Shown one piece after another: positions 1 to 8,901 of a stretch of 39,388 bases of DNA. A program made the position numbers and the translations under genes. The notes under the pieces were generated by a model. It was not told the origin of the DNA. It saw nothing but the letters and a program-made list of their open reading frames with translations, and made no database searches. This stretch comes from Nanobdellota archaeon (GTDB lineage Archaea > Nanobdellota > Nanobdellia > Pacearchaeales > GW2011-AR1). Each line of letters begins with the position of its first letter. Position 1 is the stretch's first letter. The stretch spans positions 1 through 39,388 of the forward strand of contig JBBSYK010000020.1 in assembly GCA_038045285.1 (NCBI GenBank), given 5' to 3'.

Positions 1-4
1 GAAG

Positions 5-820
5 CTAATTAATTTCATCTGATGCCCCATAGCTTGCTATGGGGTTCTTCACTTTTGAGAAAACTCTCTGCCAATGATTTTCGCAAGTAATCATTAGCAG
101 ATTTAATTGATCTATTCTTTTTTTATAAAAATCCAAAGAGTGCTCTTCGTTCTTTGTCTGTCTATTATCATGTACATAATCAATTTTCACACTCTCTATC
201 TTTCTTCCATCGGCAAGAGCATTTATAATTGGAATAAATAGAGAATCCCATTTATCGCCATATTCTCCCCTATATTCTAAGAAATAATGGGCAAGACTTC
301 TTTTAAATATACGAACACCAAACCACATATCTAAATCTGCTTTTGTTAATTCTTTCCAGAAAAGATTTGCAAAAGGCTCTATATACTGCTGAGCTTTCGG
401 ATATGAATTGAAAGATTTTCTATTTGGAATAACCATTTCAGCTTTATTTTCCATTATTGGTTTTATTGATTTCTCAATGTTTCTTATATAATCGTGCTTT
501 TCAGGTTCCATCCAAATTATTATTTCAGCACCCCGATTAAAAGCCTCTCTAAATGCTTCTCTTCTTGATGCCCCCATAGTTTCTGATCTATCAGGGATAA
601 CTATGGCTCCAGCTTTCTCAAATTCATTTCTGATTTTTTTTGGAGAACCAGCATCAACAACAATTATTTCATATCCTTCTTTCTTTGCTTTTTTTATCAT
701 CTCCAAGGCAAGTTTCGCCCTGATTTTATCTGTTTCGTTATCAGCTCGATAAAGAGTAGATGTCGCAATAATCACCTTTTCTTTCTTTTTGTTTTCCATT
801 TCTTCATTTGTTTTTTTCAT
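5..820 (-). CDS. GT-A-like glycosyltransferase-family protein (family not resolved)
   Basis: 271-aa ORF. KVIIATSTLY...GYEIIVVDAGSP resembles the N-terminal nucleotide-sugar-binding region of GT-A enzymes. It lies at the edge of a glycan cluster. By-eye call only. Confidence 0.4.
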   Translation of the reverse strand: MKKTNEEMENKKKEKVIIATSTLYRADNETDKIRAKLALEMIKKAKKEGYEIIVVDAGSPKKIRNEFEKAGAIVIPDRSETMGASRREAFREAFNRGAEIIIWMEPEKHDYIRNIEKSIKPIMENKAEMVIPNRKSFNSYPKAQQYIEPFANLFWKELTKADLDMWFGVRIFKRSLAHYFLEYRGEYGDKWDSLFIPIINALADGRKIESVKIDYVHDNRQTKNEEHSLDFYKKRIDQLNLLMITCENHWQRVFSKVKNPIASYGASDEIN

Positions 821-898
821 ATTTTCCTCTTCAAATTTTTATCCTTTGAAATTATTATATTCTATGAACATAGTCAATATTGTTTGAAAACAACAATG

Positions 899-906
899 CT
901 TAAATA
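899..906 (+). promoter_or_regulatory. TATA-like box CTTAAATA, 29 nt upstream of ATG 928
   Basis: The same -29/-30 spacing recurs at many first-in-unit genes in this window, which implies a leaderless mRNA. Confidence 0.4.
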
Positions 907-927
907 GCTTTCTCTTAAATCATAAAA

Positions 928-1611
928 ATGCCAGAACAAGAAATTTATCATTTTAAAATTCCTAAAGCAGAAGCTGAATTTGATGGTCTAGGTTTAACAA
1001 TAAAATTATTTTATCCTGACAGAGATAGACTAGAAGAAACTTCTTCTAGACTTTCAGAACAGCTTGATTTCGGAATTAATGTCTTTGAACAGCTCTTGAG
1101 AAGTGGAAGAGCGATTGCTGCTGATCCTCAACATCCTTTAAAGCCTTCTGCAGCAGGCTCAATGTATATTCTTGATGATAATACAATTGTCTGCCACCGA
1201 AGAGACAAAGGTGCAGGCGTGCATAAGCTTTATCACAGTCCAAATGGAGGCTATACTAAATCCAGAGAATTTACACACAGCCTAAAATGGCTAGAGGCAA
1301 CTGCTCTTGCAGAGACAGCAGAAGAATGTTTGTTAATCACGAAAGATAAAAATCCTTATCTTATTGTCCCAGAAGAATCAAAAGAAGAAACTCTTAAGAG
1401 AGCAAGGTTGTTCAATATTGATCTACCAACAAGAGAAGTAAAATCAGAAATAATTCCCGGTACTGACAGATTAGAAGTATATGAGAATAATGTGCCTTTA
1501 TTCACCGCTGACAAGGTTTGCATTTCCTTGTTATATGAATCTTCAACTTCTCTAAGCACATTATGGCCTCGTAGACTTCCTCTTTTTACAGATGAAGTTG
1601 TTCCCAATTGA
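928..1611 (+). CDS. Hypothetical protein; possibly the 5' part of a frameshifted ~355-aa gene
   Basis: 227-aa ORF with no confidently recognisable motif. ALAETAEECLL is faintly Nudix-box-like but degenerate. The +1 frame is open from 1556 and continues as ORF 1592..1987. Confidence 0.5.
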   Translation: MPEQEIYHFKIPKAEAEFDGLGLTIKLFYPDRDRLEETSSRLSEQLDFGINVFEQLLRSGRAIAADPQHPLKPSAAGSMYILDDNTIVCHRRDKGAGVHKLYHSPNGGYTKSREFTHSLKWLEATALAETAEECLLITKDKNPYLIVPEESKEETLKRARLFNIDLPTREVKSEIIPGTDRLEVYENNVPLFTADKVCISLLYESSTSLSTLWPRRLPLFTDEVVPN

Positions 1612-1987
1612 CACAGAGGGAATGGAAAAACAAGAAAGATTCATTCATTTTAATCGTGAAACATATTTAATTCCATTGGAAGAAGTTATAAATAAAAAAT
1701 TTGGCACCCCTCTTAATAATTTTCAAGTTTTTCAACTGGACAGAGTTGAAAATGGAATTCCTTATATCAAGACTCCAACTCATGAGCCACCATATTTAGG
1801 ACCAGAAGGATTTTCTGTGACTCATCCGCATCTTTGGGCTCCTGAAGACATGATGGTTAATTGCTTAAGATCTTTGGAAGTGGCAGGATACAGAAGTGCT
1901 GATGGCCTGCAATTAGAGCTTGGAAAAATCAAAGCGAGAAAAGATAATCGTTCATTAGTGCCAAAAGAATATCTTGTTAATCAATAA
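1592..1987 (+). CDS. Hypothetical protein; possibly the 3' part of the same gene
   Basis: 131-aa ORF in the +1 frame relative to 928..1611, with a 20-nt overlap. A T5 run (1583-1587) sits inside the region where both frames are open. Confidence 0.45.
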   Translation: MKLFPIDTEGMEKQERFIHFNRETYLIPLEEVINKKFGTPLNNFQVFQLDRVENGIPYIKTPTHEPPYLGPEGFSVTHPHLWAPEDMMVNCLRSLEVAGYRSADGLQLELGKIKARKDNRSLVPKEYLVNQ

Positions 1988-1990
1988 AAA

Positions 1991-2890
1991 ATGGGAAAAA
2001 TATTAATCACAGGAGCATCAGGAAGAATAGGAAGCAATTTCATTAGAAATTTAGACTTTCTAATAGGAAAAGACGATGAAGTTTGTCTTTTGCAAAATAG
2101 AAATCCTATAAAAAAAGAGGAAATTAATAAAGGTAATTTATCTGTGGTTTATTCTCTTCCATCGCGTAGAGAATATGATGCTGCGTTTCATATTGCTGGA
2201 AATATACACACTTCAAGAGGAGATCCTAGCAAGACTCCTGAAAATTACCCTGAATTTGTAAGAGACAATTTAGAGCTAACAGAGAGAGTTTGTTTTAGCG
2301 CAAGATATGTCTTATCTGCTTCAACAGACAATGTATTTTCTGGAATGGATAATAGGGATTATTTAGAAAGCGATCAGACAAATCCTCCAAATAATTATTA
2401 TGGTCAGACAAAAGCTGAAGCAGAAAAAATAGTTTTAGATAATGATGGTGCTGTTATAAGATTTCAATCACCAATAGGAATTTCAAGTAACTTAATAATT
2501 GATAAAATAATCCCTGCTTTGGAAGGAAAACCTTCATGGCCTTTCTGGAATGATCAATATGTAAGACCTACATTTTTTGATGATCTCCTCTCAGTATTTA
2601 AAAGATTGTATTGGGGAAATAAACAAGGAATTTATCATGTTTCATGTAATGGTGTCACTCCCTCAAGAGCAGGAATTGCTAGAAAAGTGCTTGAAGTTTT
2701 TAGAAGATATGATATTCCAAGAGCTAAAGATTACATTCAAGAAGAACCTTGTAATGATCCTAACTTTCCAAAGAGATTAGTTCTAGATACTCAACAAACA
2801 AGGGAAAAGCTAGGAATAGCTTCTTTCACAGAAGTTGATGAAGCAATAAGATTGCATGTTCTTAGGATAAAGAAGCCCGAAGCGATTTAG
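1991..2890 (+). CDS. RmlD-like NAD(P)-dependent nucleotide-sugar reductase (extended SDR)
   Basis: ILITGASGRIGSNF Rossmann motif. STDNVFSG...YYGQTKAEAEK matches the RmlD-type STDYVFdG / YGxTKxxgE pattern. Confidence 0.7.
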   Translation: MGKILITGASGRIGSNFIRNLDFLIGKDDEVCLLQNRNPIKKEEINKGNLSVVYSLPSRREYDAAFHIAGNIHTSRGDPSKTPENYPEFVRDNLELTERVCFSARYVLSASTDNVFSGMDNRDYLESDQTNPPNNYYGQTKAEAEKIVLDNDGAVIRFQSPIGISSNLIIDKIIPALEGKPSWPFWNDQYVRPTFFDDLLSVFKRLYWGNKQGIYHVSCNGVTPSRAGIARKVLEVFRRYDIPRAKDYIQEEPCNDPNFPKRLVLDTQQTREKLGIASFTEVDEAIRLHVLRIKKPEAI

Positions 2891-2900
2891 ATTTTAAGCA

Positions 2901-3860
2901 TTATTGTCGTAAGATATTTGCTTTATACCACTCAATTGTCTTCCTTATTCCTTCTTCTAAAGAAGTTTTAGGCTGCCAGCCCAAGATTGTTTTAGCTTTT
3001 GTGCAATCTAAAGCTAGTGATGTTTTTATTGTTGGCTTAGTGGTATCATACTCAATGTTTAAGGACTTTCCAGATGCATCAATTATTTTCTGCACTAAAT
3101 CTTTAATTGCGGCAGCTTTTCCTAACCCGATATTTAATAACTCAAATTTAGATTCTTGTTTATTTAAAGCGAGAACAATTGCATCAACTAAATCATCCAC
3201 ATAAAGCAAATCTCTCTCTTCTTCACCTGTTCCCCAGACAATTATTTTTCCATCTTTTGCAGTAAGAACTTTAGTCATGGTTGCTCCAAAAACATGGCTC
3301 TTTTCTAAATCGAATTTATCATGAGAGCCATAAATGTTAGAATGGCGAAGCACTGTAAATTTTGTTTCTCCCAAACGTGAAAAAAACTCGCACATTTTCT
3401 CAAGATATATCTTTGTCCAACCCGGACCAAAATAATTTTTATAAAGTTCTTTATTTGCGTCAAAATCGCTCTCTTTCAACGGAATAGAAGAAGATTGATA
3501 CATGAGTGTGCAGCTTGGAAATATAAAATGCTTTATTTTATTTTCAAATACAGATCTTAATATAAGTGAATTCATTAAAACATTATTTGTTACAAAAATA
3601 TATGGCTTAGAGACAATATCCTTCACCCCAGACGTTGTAGCAGCCATCTGAATTATTATATCTTGGTCTTGCACAACTCTATCAACATCTTCTCTTTTTG
3701 TTAAGTCTGCTTTAACAAAATTTATTTTTCTATTATTAAATATAGGTCTAATATGATAAACTCCATTTACTTCGAAATCTTCTCTCTCTGCTAATGCTTC
3801 AGCGACATTTCTGCCTATAAAACCAGTAACACCGCAAACTAGGACTTTTTTCTTATTCAT
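2901..3860 (-). CDS. NAD-dependent epimerase/dehydratase family protein (Fcl/WcaG-like)
   Basis: VLVCGVTGFIGRNV glycine-rich motif, extended-SDR length (319 aa), C-terminal GWQPKTSLEEGI typical of the family. The active-site region reads PGWTK rather than YGWxK. Confidence 0.7.
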   Translation of the reverse strand: MNKKKVLVCGVTGFIGRNVAEALAEREDFEVNGVYHIRPIFNNRKINFVKADLTKREDVDRVVQDQDIIIQMAATTSGVKDIVSKPYIFVTNNVLMNSLILRSVFENKIKHFIFPSCTLMYQSSSIPLKESDFDANKELYKNYFGPGWTKIYLEKMCEFFSRLGETKFTVLRHSNIYGSHDKFDLEKSHVFGATMTKVLTAKDGKIIVWGTGEEERDLLYVDDLVDAIVLALNKQESKFELLNIGLGKAAAIKDLVQKIIDASGKSLNIEYDTTKPTIKTSLALDCTKAKTILGWQPKTSLEEGIRKTIEWYKANILRQ

Positions 3861-3863
3861 CTT

Positions 3864-4847
3864 TTAACTCTTATCAATGAAAACATTGAATCTTTTATTT
3901 ACAATATTCTTATTATTTTTATACCATTCCATTGTATCTTTAATTCCTGCTTCCAGAGAAATTATAGGCTCCCATCCAAGACTTTTTGCTCTTGATATGT
4001 CCATCAATCTTTTTTTATCTCCGGATGGCTTAGAAGTATCCCAAACTATCTTTGGCTTTTTTTCTAAGTTGTTTACAATTATATCAACAATTTCTTTAAT
4101 CGTATATCCTTTACCGCTGCCCAAATTAACTGGTAAATTATATCCTTTTTCCAACACAAGCATCATTCCTCGGGCAACATCTTTTGCATGAATAAAATCT
4201 CTTATAGGAGTGCCATCACCCCAGACAACTAATGGATCTTCTCCATCCATCGCTCTTTTGATTAAAGATGGAATAACCATTGCATTTTCTGGATCAAAGT
4301 TATCATATGGTCCGTAAACATTAGCAGGTCTAACAATTGAAATCTCATTCCAACCATATTGAATTTGATATGCTTTCGCTTGTAATTCTCCTGTTCTTTT
4401 ATGCCATCCTCCAAAAAGATCATTTGGTGATGGAAGAGTTTTTTCAGTATCATCTTCATAAAAAATTTCTGATGGACCATAAACTCCAACGCTGCTAGTA
4501 AATAAAAATCTCTTTACATTGGATCTTCTTGCTGCTTCCATCATATTCGTAGTAAAAAGAAGTGATGAAACAAAGTAACTTGCAGGTTTTTCTTTCATCA
4601 TTTTTGGAGAACCTTTAATACCTGCAAGATGAAAAACGAATTCTACATTATTGCAAGCATTAATGCAATTATCTAAGTTAGTAAGATCTACTCTCATAAA
4701 TTCTGTTCCTGAAGGTGCTAAAGAAGGATCATCTAATGAAGCAATTCTGACTTTAGCTCCTTTTTGAATCAAAAGTTCAACTAGCTGCCTTCCAATCATT
4801 CCAGTTCCTCCCGTAACAAGCACATTTTTATCTTTGTAAAAACTCAT
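3864..4847 (-). CDS. NAD-dependent epimerase/dehydratase family protein
   Basis: VLVTGGTGMIGRQL, FTSSVGVYG, RPANVYGP, C-terminal LGWEP. The active-site region reads GGWHKRTGE rather than YGWxKxxxE. Confidence 0.75.
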   Translation of the reverse strand: MSFYKDKNVLVTGGTGMIGRQLVELLIQKGAKVRIASLDDPSLAPSGTEFMRVDLTNLDNCINACNNVEFVFHLAGIKGSPKMMKEKPASYFVSSLLFTTNMMEAARRSNVKRFLFTSSVGVYGPSEIFYEDDTEKTLPSPNDLFGGWHKRTGELQAKAYQIQYGWNEISIVRPANVYGPYDNFDPENAMVIPSLIKRAMDGEDPLVVWGDGTPIRDFIHAKDVARGMMLVLEKGYNLPVNLGSGKGYTIKEIVDIIVNNLEKKPKIVWDTSKPSGDKKRLMDISRAKSLGWEPIISLEAGIKDTMEWYKNNKNIVNKRFNVFIDKS

Positions 4848-4905
4848 TTTCTATATTAGATATTCATGACCAATAATCCATATTTAAAGATATTTTTATA
4901 TTTAA

Positions 4906-5769
4906 TCATATGGATTTAATTCCAGAAATTGTGAAGAAATCTTTTTTTGCTAATGTCCAAATTAGCTGAACAAAAAATCTGTCTAATCTTGAAGAATAAG
5001 TATTAGAAATCTTATTATTTCTAAAATAATCCTTTATAATAATTGGCGGTGAAGCTAAGCAGGGTTTTAAACCTTCATCTTTAAACATTTGCAATATTTT
5101 TCCTATAGTAAAGAAACTTTCTTTAGGGTTATCTGTTCCGTCTAATATTAATTCGCGTGCATTTGGTAGGCTAGCTAAGTTTCTATCTTTCTTCATAAGA
5201 TATTTAATTTTCTCTTTAACTTTATTTCCAAAAAATAATCTTAATTTTTCCCTCTGAAATATTCTTCCCATCAACGAACCATATAAGTTATAAGTGCCTA
5301 TGACGAGAATACCACCAGGCTTAACATACTTTGATATTTTTTTAAATGCTCTTATATAATCTTGTGTATGTTGAATAACCCCCATACAAAAGACAATATC
5401 AAATTTCTCCTTTAGGTCTAAGTTTAGTATATCTGCTTCAAAATAGTTAATTTTAAGATTTAGATTTTTAGCGTTTTGTTTTGCTTTTCTAACAGATGAC
5501 GGACTTATATCAAATCCAGTCACGTAAAAGCCAAGAGAAGAGAACATACAACTGTTCTCACCAGTACCCCCTCCGCAATCTAAAAGAGTTTTATTTTTAG
5601 ATTCTTTAATATATGCTAAAGGAATCGTGCGCAAATACCATGCATGTTTTAGACAATACTGCTTGAAATTTTCCTGTGTTGAAATGTCATAATTTGGAAA
5701 TGGATAATCTGTATAGAAATGCTTAGTTTTTTTAGTTATATCCTCCTCAGATTTTTTCGAAATATTCAT
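4906..5769 (-). CDS. Class I SAM-dependent methyltransferase
   Basis: Motif I LLDCGGGTGENS, acidic loop GFDISP, FDIVFCMGVIQH, VKPGGILVI. Confidence 0.8.
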   Translation of the reverse strand: MNISKKSEEDITKKTKHFYTDYPFPNYDISTQENFKQYCLKHAWYLRTIPLAYIKESKNKTLLDCGGGTGENSCMFSSLGFYVTGFDISPSSVRKAKQNAKNLNLKINYFEADILNLDLKEKFDIVFCMGVIQHTQDYIRAFKKISKYVKPGGILVIGTYNLYGSLMGRIFQREKLRLFFGNKVKEKIKYLMKKDRNLASLPNARELILDGTDNPKESFFTIGKILQMFKDEGLKPCLASPPIIIKDYFRNNKISNTYSSRLDRFFVQLIWTLAKKDFFTISGIKSI

Positions 5770-5771
5770 TT

Positions 5772-6761
5772 TTACATCAACTCCTTTTTCACTTCACTCC
5801 TGCAATGTTCCAAAAGAAAAGCCACGCTTTCTTCAAAAGAATATCTTGGCTTCCAGCCAGTTTCATTTTCAAATTTAGAAGTATCCGGAATTTGTAAAGT
5901 AACATCTGTTGGTCTAAGAAGAGAAGGATCAACTCTAGAGGGTATTGGACATTTAGCTAATTTTTTAAGAACATCAAGAAATTCTCCAACTTTTATTATC
6001 GTTTTTCCGCCAATATTATATACTTCTCCAGGCTTGCCTTTAGTTGTTGCGATCCAATAAGATTCCATCGCATCTCTGACATCTATTAATGTTCTAGTAG
6101 AGTCTAAATTTCCATGTAAAAGTTCTTTTTGCAAGCCTGCTTCTATTCTTGCAACTTGCATGGCAAAAGAAGTTGCAAATAAATCTGCTCTTCTGGGGTT
6201 TAAGTAGGCAAACATTCTTGTCCTTATTATAGGTATGCCATAGCTTTTGAAATAGGTATATCCTAGAGCATCTTGAGTAAGTTTTGATACTGCATAAGGG
6301 TTGACTGGATTAATTGGGCAGTCTTCCCTTATAGGAACATTTTTAGGATCTACTTGCCCATAGACTTCTGAGGTTGAACAAATTTGTATTATTGGTTTTA
6401 TTTCTGCAAGATGGACTGCTTCTAACAGATTCGCCGTTCCTATTACATTATTATAAATTACTGCCAAAGGAGTAATAAAAGCAGCCCGTACATTTGCATA
6501 AGACGCTATATGAAAAATTGCATCAGGTTTTACTTCTTTTAAAACTGATAGAATAGAAGAAAGATCTGTTAAATCACATTCACGTAATTTTACTTGATTT
6601 TTAATTTTTTCAAGATTATTTGAAGCAGTAGTGCTATGCCAGCGAGCCATACCATACAATTCTACTTCAGGATGATTATTTACTATATATTCTGCCAAAT
6701 AACTTCCTCCAGAACCACTAATACCAGTTATTAAAGCTTTTTTTATTGAAGTACCATTCAT
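5772..6761 (-). CDS. GDP-mannose 4,6-dehydratase / GDP-4-keto-6-deoxymannose reductase (Gmd/Rmd) family SDR
   Basis: ALITGISGSGGSYLAEY, STSEVYG, PYAVSKL (YxxxK), FAMQVARIEAGLQKELLHGNLDSTRTLIDVRD resembles the Gmd/Rmd signature. The exact activity is not resolvable by eye. Confidence 0.7.
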   Translation of the reverse strand: MNGTSIKKALITGISGSGGSYLAEYIVNNHPEVELYGMARWHSTTASNNLEKIKNQVKLRECDLTDLSSILSVLKEVKPDAIFHIASYANVRAAFITPLAVIYNNVIGTANLLEAVHLAEIKPIIQICSTSEVYGQVDPKNVPIREDCPINPVNPYAVSKLTQDALGYTYFKSYGIPIIRTRMFAYLNPRRADLFATSFAMQVARIEAGLQKELLHGNLDSTRTLIDVRDAMESYWIATTKGKPGEVYNIGGKTIIKVGEFLDVLKKLAKCPIPSRVDPSLLRPTDVTLQIPDTSKFENETGWKPRYSFEESVAFLLEHCRSEVKKELM

Positions 6762-6782
6762 ATTTATCAGAAATTAAGATGG

Positions 6783-6790
6783 TTTTTAAT
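6783..6790 (-). promoter_or_regulatory. TATA-like box (ATTAAAAA on the minus strand), 29 nt upstream of ATG 6761
   Basis: Positional pattern shared with other unit-leading genes. The box itself is a weak match. Confidence 0.3.
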
Positions 6791-6860
6791 GTTTATTGTG
6801 TTTCTTTCTCACTATGGACAATTCTATTGGTTGTGTTACTTGTTTTTAAGAATTATCCAT

Positions 6861-7000
6861 TAGAGAATTCTAGACTATAGAGAGCTTTGAATAACCCTCC
6901 AATTTGATATTATCTGAGGGTTTTCAAAGCGGCTCGATAGAGGACTTTAGGGGTTTTTCAAAGTCTTCTATAAGTAACATAATTACCAGAATTCTCTATA
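6861..7000. mobile_element. MITE-like palindromic element, copy 1 (two internal hairpins, short terminal inverted repeats)
   Basis: Terminal inverted repeats tagagaattcta (6861-6872) and cagaattctcta (6987-6998). Hairpin 1 spans 6884-6930 (gctttgaaTaaccctc / gagggttttcaaagc). Hairpin 2 spans 6940-6968 (gaggacttt / aaagtcttc). A second copy lies at 18246-18345. Confidence 0.6.
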
Positions 7001-7092
7001 AAATAGATATTAAAATGAGCTGTTCAATTATTATAATGTATCAACAATAACTTATTAAATATGCTTATTCATTTTATTAAAACTGTGAGAAG

Positions 7093-8220
7093 ATGAGAAT
7101 AGAATTTGGAGATTTGAGGCTTGATGAAGTTGCTAAAGAAAATTTGTTAAATTGTATAGCAACCAGCTGGGTTTCTGGTGGACCAAAAGTTAAAAAATTT
7201 GAAGAAGAGTGGGGCAAATTATTCGGCTATAAACATAATCTTGCTGTTTATTCTGGAACAGGAGGAGATATTGGTGCCTGCATGGCTCTTTATGATTTTG
7301 GAGCTCAAAGAGGGGATGAAATTATTGCTCCAGCACTTGCTTTTGCAGCAGTTGGAGAAGCAATATTACAAGCAGGTTTTAAACCAGTTTTTATTGATAT
7401 AGAAAAACACACTTTAAACATCAATCCAAGAAAAATAGAGGAGAAAATAACATCTAAGACCAAAGCAATAATGGCTGTTCATACAATGGGAAAACCATGT
7501 GAAATGGATTTAATTATGGAAATTGCAAAAAAACACAATTTGCTCGTTATCGAAGATTCTTGCGAAGCCCATGGAGCTAAATACAAAGGAAATTTTATTG
7601 GACATTGGGGCGATATGGCTGTTTTTAGTTATTATATCGCTCATTTAGTTTGTTGCGGAGAGGGAGGAATGATTTCAACAAACAACGATAAAATAGCAGA
7701 TATCTTGCAGTCAATTAGGACTCATGGTAGAAAAGGCGCACAATTATATTTTGATCATGAAAGATTAGGAAGTAATTTAAAAATGAATGATATGGAGGCA
7801 TCTATCGGCTTATCAGAAATAAAAAAGTTCTGGAATATTTTCGATACAAGAAAGAAGAATCTTATTTATCTTCTGTATAAATTAAAAGATCTTGAAAAAT
7901 ATGCATGGTTTAATTTAGAGGAAAAAAATGATATTATCTGCCCACATGCCTTTTCAGTAACATTAAAAGATTCAAAATACAATTGTTCATCACTTTACAA
8001 ATTCTTAGAGGATAACTCAATAAAATGCAAGAGAAATTTTGGCAGCATGCCGACTCAGCATAAGGCTTTCTCTTTTCTCGGACATAAAATAGGAGACTTT
8101 CCAGAGGCAGAATATGTTGGAGATAATGGCTTGCATTTTGGAATTCACCAATTCCTTGCATTAGATGACTTAGATTATATTTCGGAAAAGTTGCATGAAT
8201 ATTTTAAGAAGTTCGGCTAA
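7093..8220 (+). CDS. DegT/DnrJ/EryC1-family PLP/PMP enzyme with His replacing the Schiff-base Lys (ColD-like sugar 3-dehydratase candidate)
   Basis: Family motifs AVHTMGKPCEMD...LLVIEDSCEAHGA and GEGGMISTN. In FSYYIAHLVCCGEGG the residue six positions before E of GEGG is His, where aminotransferases such as SFHAIKNITCAEGG have Lys. Confidence 0.7.
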   Translation: MRIEFGDLRLDEVAKENLLNCIATSWVSGGPKVKKFEEEWGKLFGYKHNLAVYSGTGGDIGACMALYDFGAQRGDEIIAPALAFAAVGEAILQAGFKPVFIDIEKHTLNINPRKIEEKITSKTKAIMAVHTMGKPCEMDLIMEIAKKHNLLVIEDSCEAHGAKYKGNFIGHWGDMAVFSYYIAHLVCCGEGGMISTNNDKIADILQSIRTHGRKGAQLYFDHERLGSNLKMNDMEASIGLSEIKKFWNIFDTRKKNLIYLLYKLKDLEKYAWFNLEEKNDIICPHAFSVTLKDSKYNCSSLYKFLEDNSIKCKRNFGSMPTQHKAFSFLGHKIGDFPEAEYVGDNGLHFGIHQFLALDDLDYISEKLHEYFKKFG

Positions 8221-8845
8221 GATAATCAATAATAACCTCTCCAGCTTCTTCTGCTGTTTTACCAAATGAAATTATGCCGTCCTCATGGCCTAGCATAGCA
8301 AATATTTTCTTCTTTTTAACATCACTATTTTTGAATAATCGTCTTACTTCCTTTGCCATCTCGGGAGTACCATATTTAACGCACTCAAGTGTATTGGGCA
8401 AATCAATTTCTTTATAATCTCTCCATAAATCAGAAGAGTGAACGTGAAATACATATCTATAATCTGTACTTATATCATAAATTGTTCCATGCGTCATCGA
8501 TTCAGAAGATGCTTCTATTGGCCCTTCTGAAATAACTAAATTCTTCTCAGGATGATACTTCAACACAATGCTATAATGCTCTTCTGTAAGATATTCTAGA
8601 TAACCTGTCTGTGTCCCGGTAATTAAAAATCTTCTATTATAAACCGGAGCTTCATATGGCTCAAGCCTTTTACTCAAATTTCCATATCCAACTCCATTAT
8701 ACTTTCTTGAATTCTGGCCTATAAGGCCTTGTTGTTTTAAAATTCTCCTCCATTCGTTCAATTCAATTATATTTTTATTTTCAATAGGCCGGCTAAAAGT
8801 ATGTCTCTTTTCAAACTTAACAACTCCTTCTTTTACTTGATCCAT
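8204..8845 (-). CDS. Class II aldolase/adducin-domain protein
   Basis: GNLSKR..., FLITGTQTG, catalytic-type ASSES, metal ligands HVH (VFHVHSS) and GHEDG. Convergent 17-nt overlap with 7093..8220. Confidence 0.65.
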   Translation of the reverse strand: MDQVKEGVVKFEKRHTFSRPIENKNIIELNEWRRILKQQGLIGQNSRKYNGVGYGNLSKRLEPYEAPVYNRRFLITGTQTGYLEYLTEEHYSIVLKYHPEKNLVISEGPIEASSESMTHGTIYDISTDYRYVFHVHSSDLWRDYKEIDLPNTLECVKYGTPEMAKEVRRLFKNSDVKKKKIFAMLGHEDGIISFGKTAEEAGEVIIDYLSRTS

Positions 8846-8901
8846 GATAATATTATTAAACTAAGAATATAAATATAGCGGTAATTAAAAATCTATATTT
8901 T

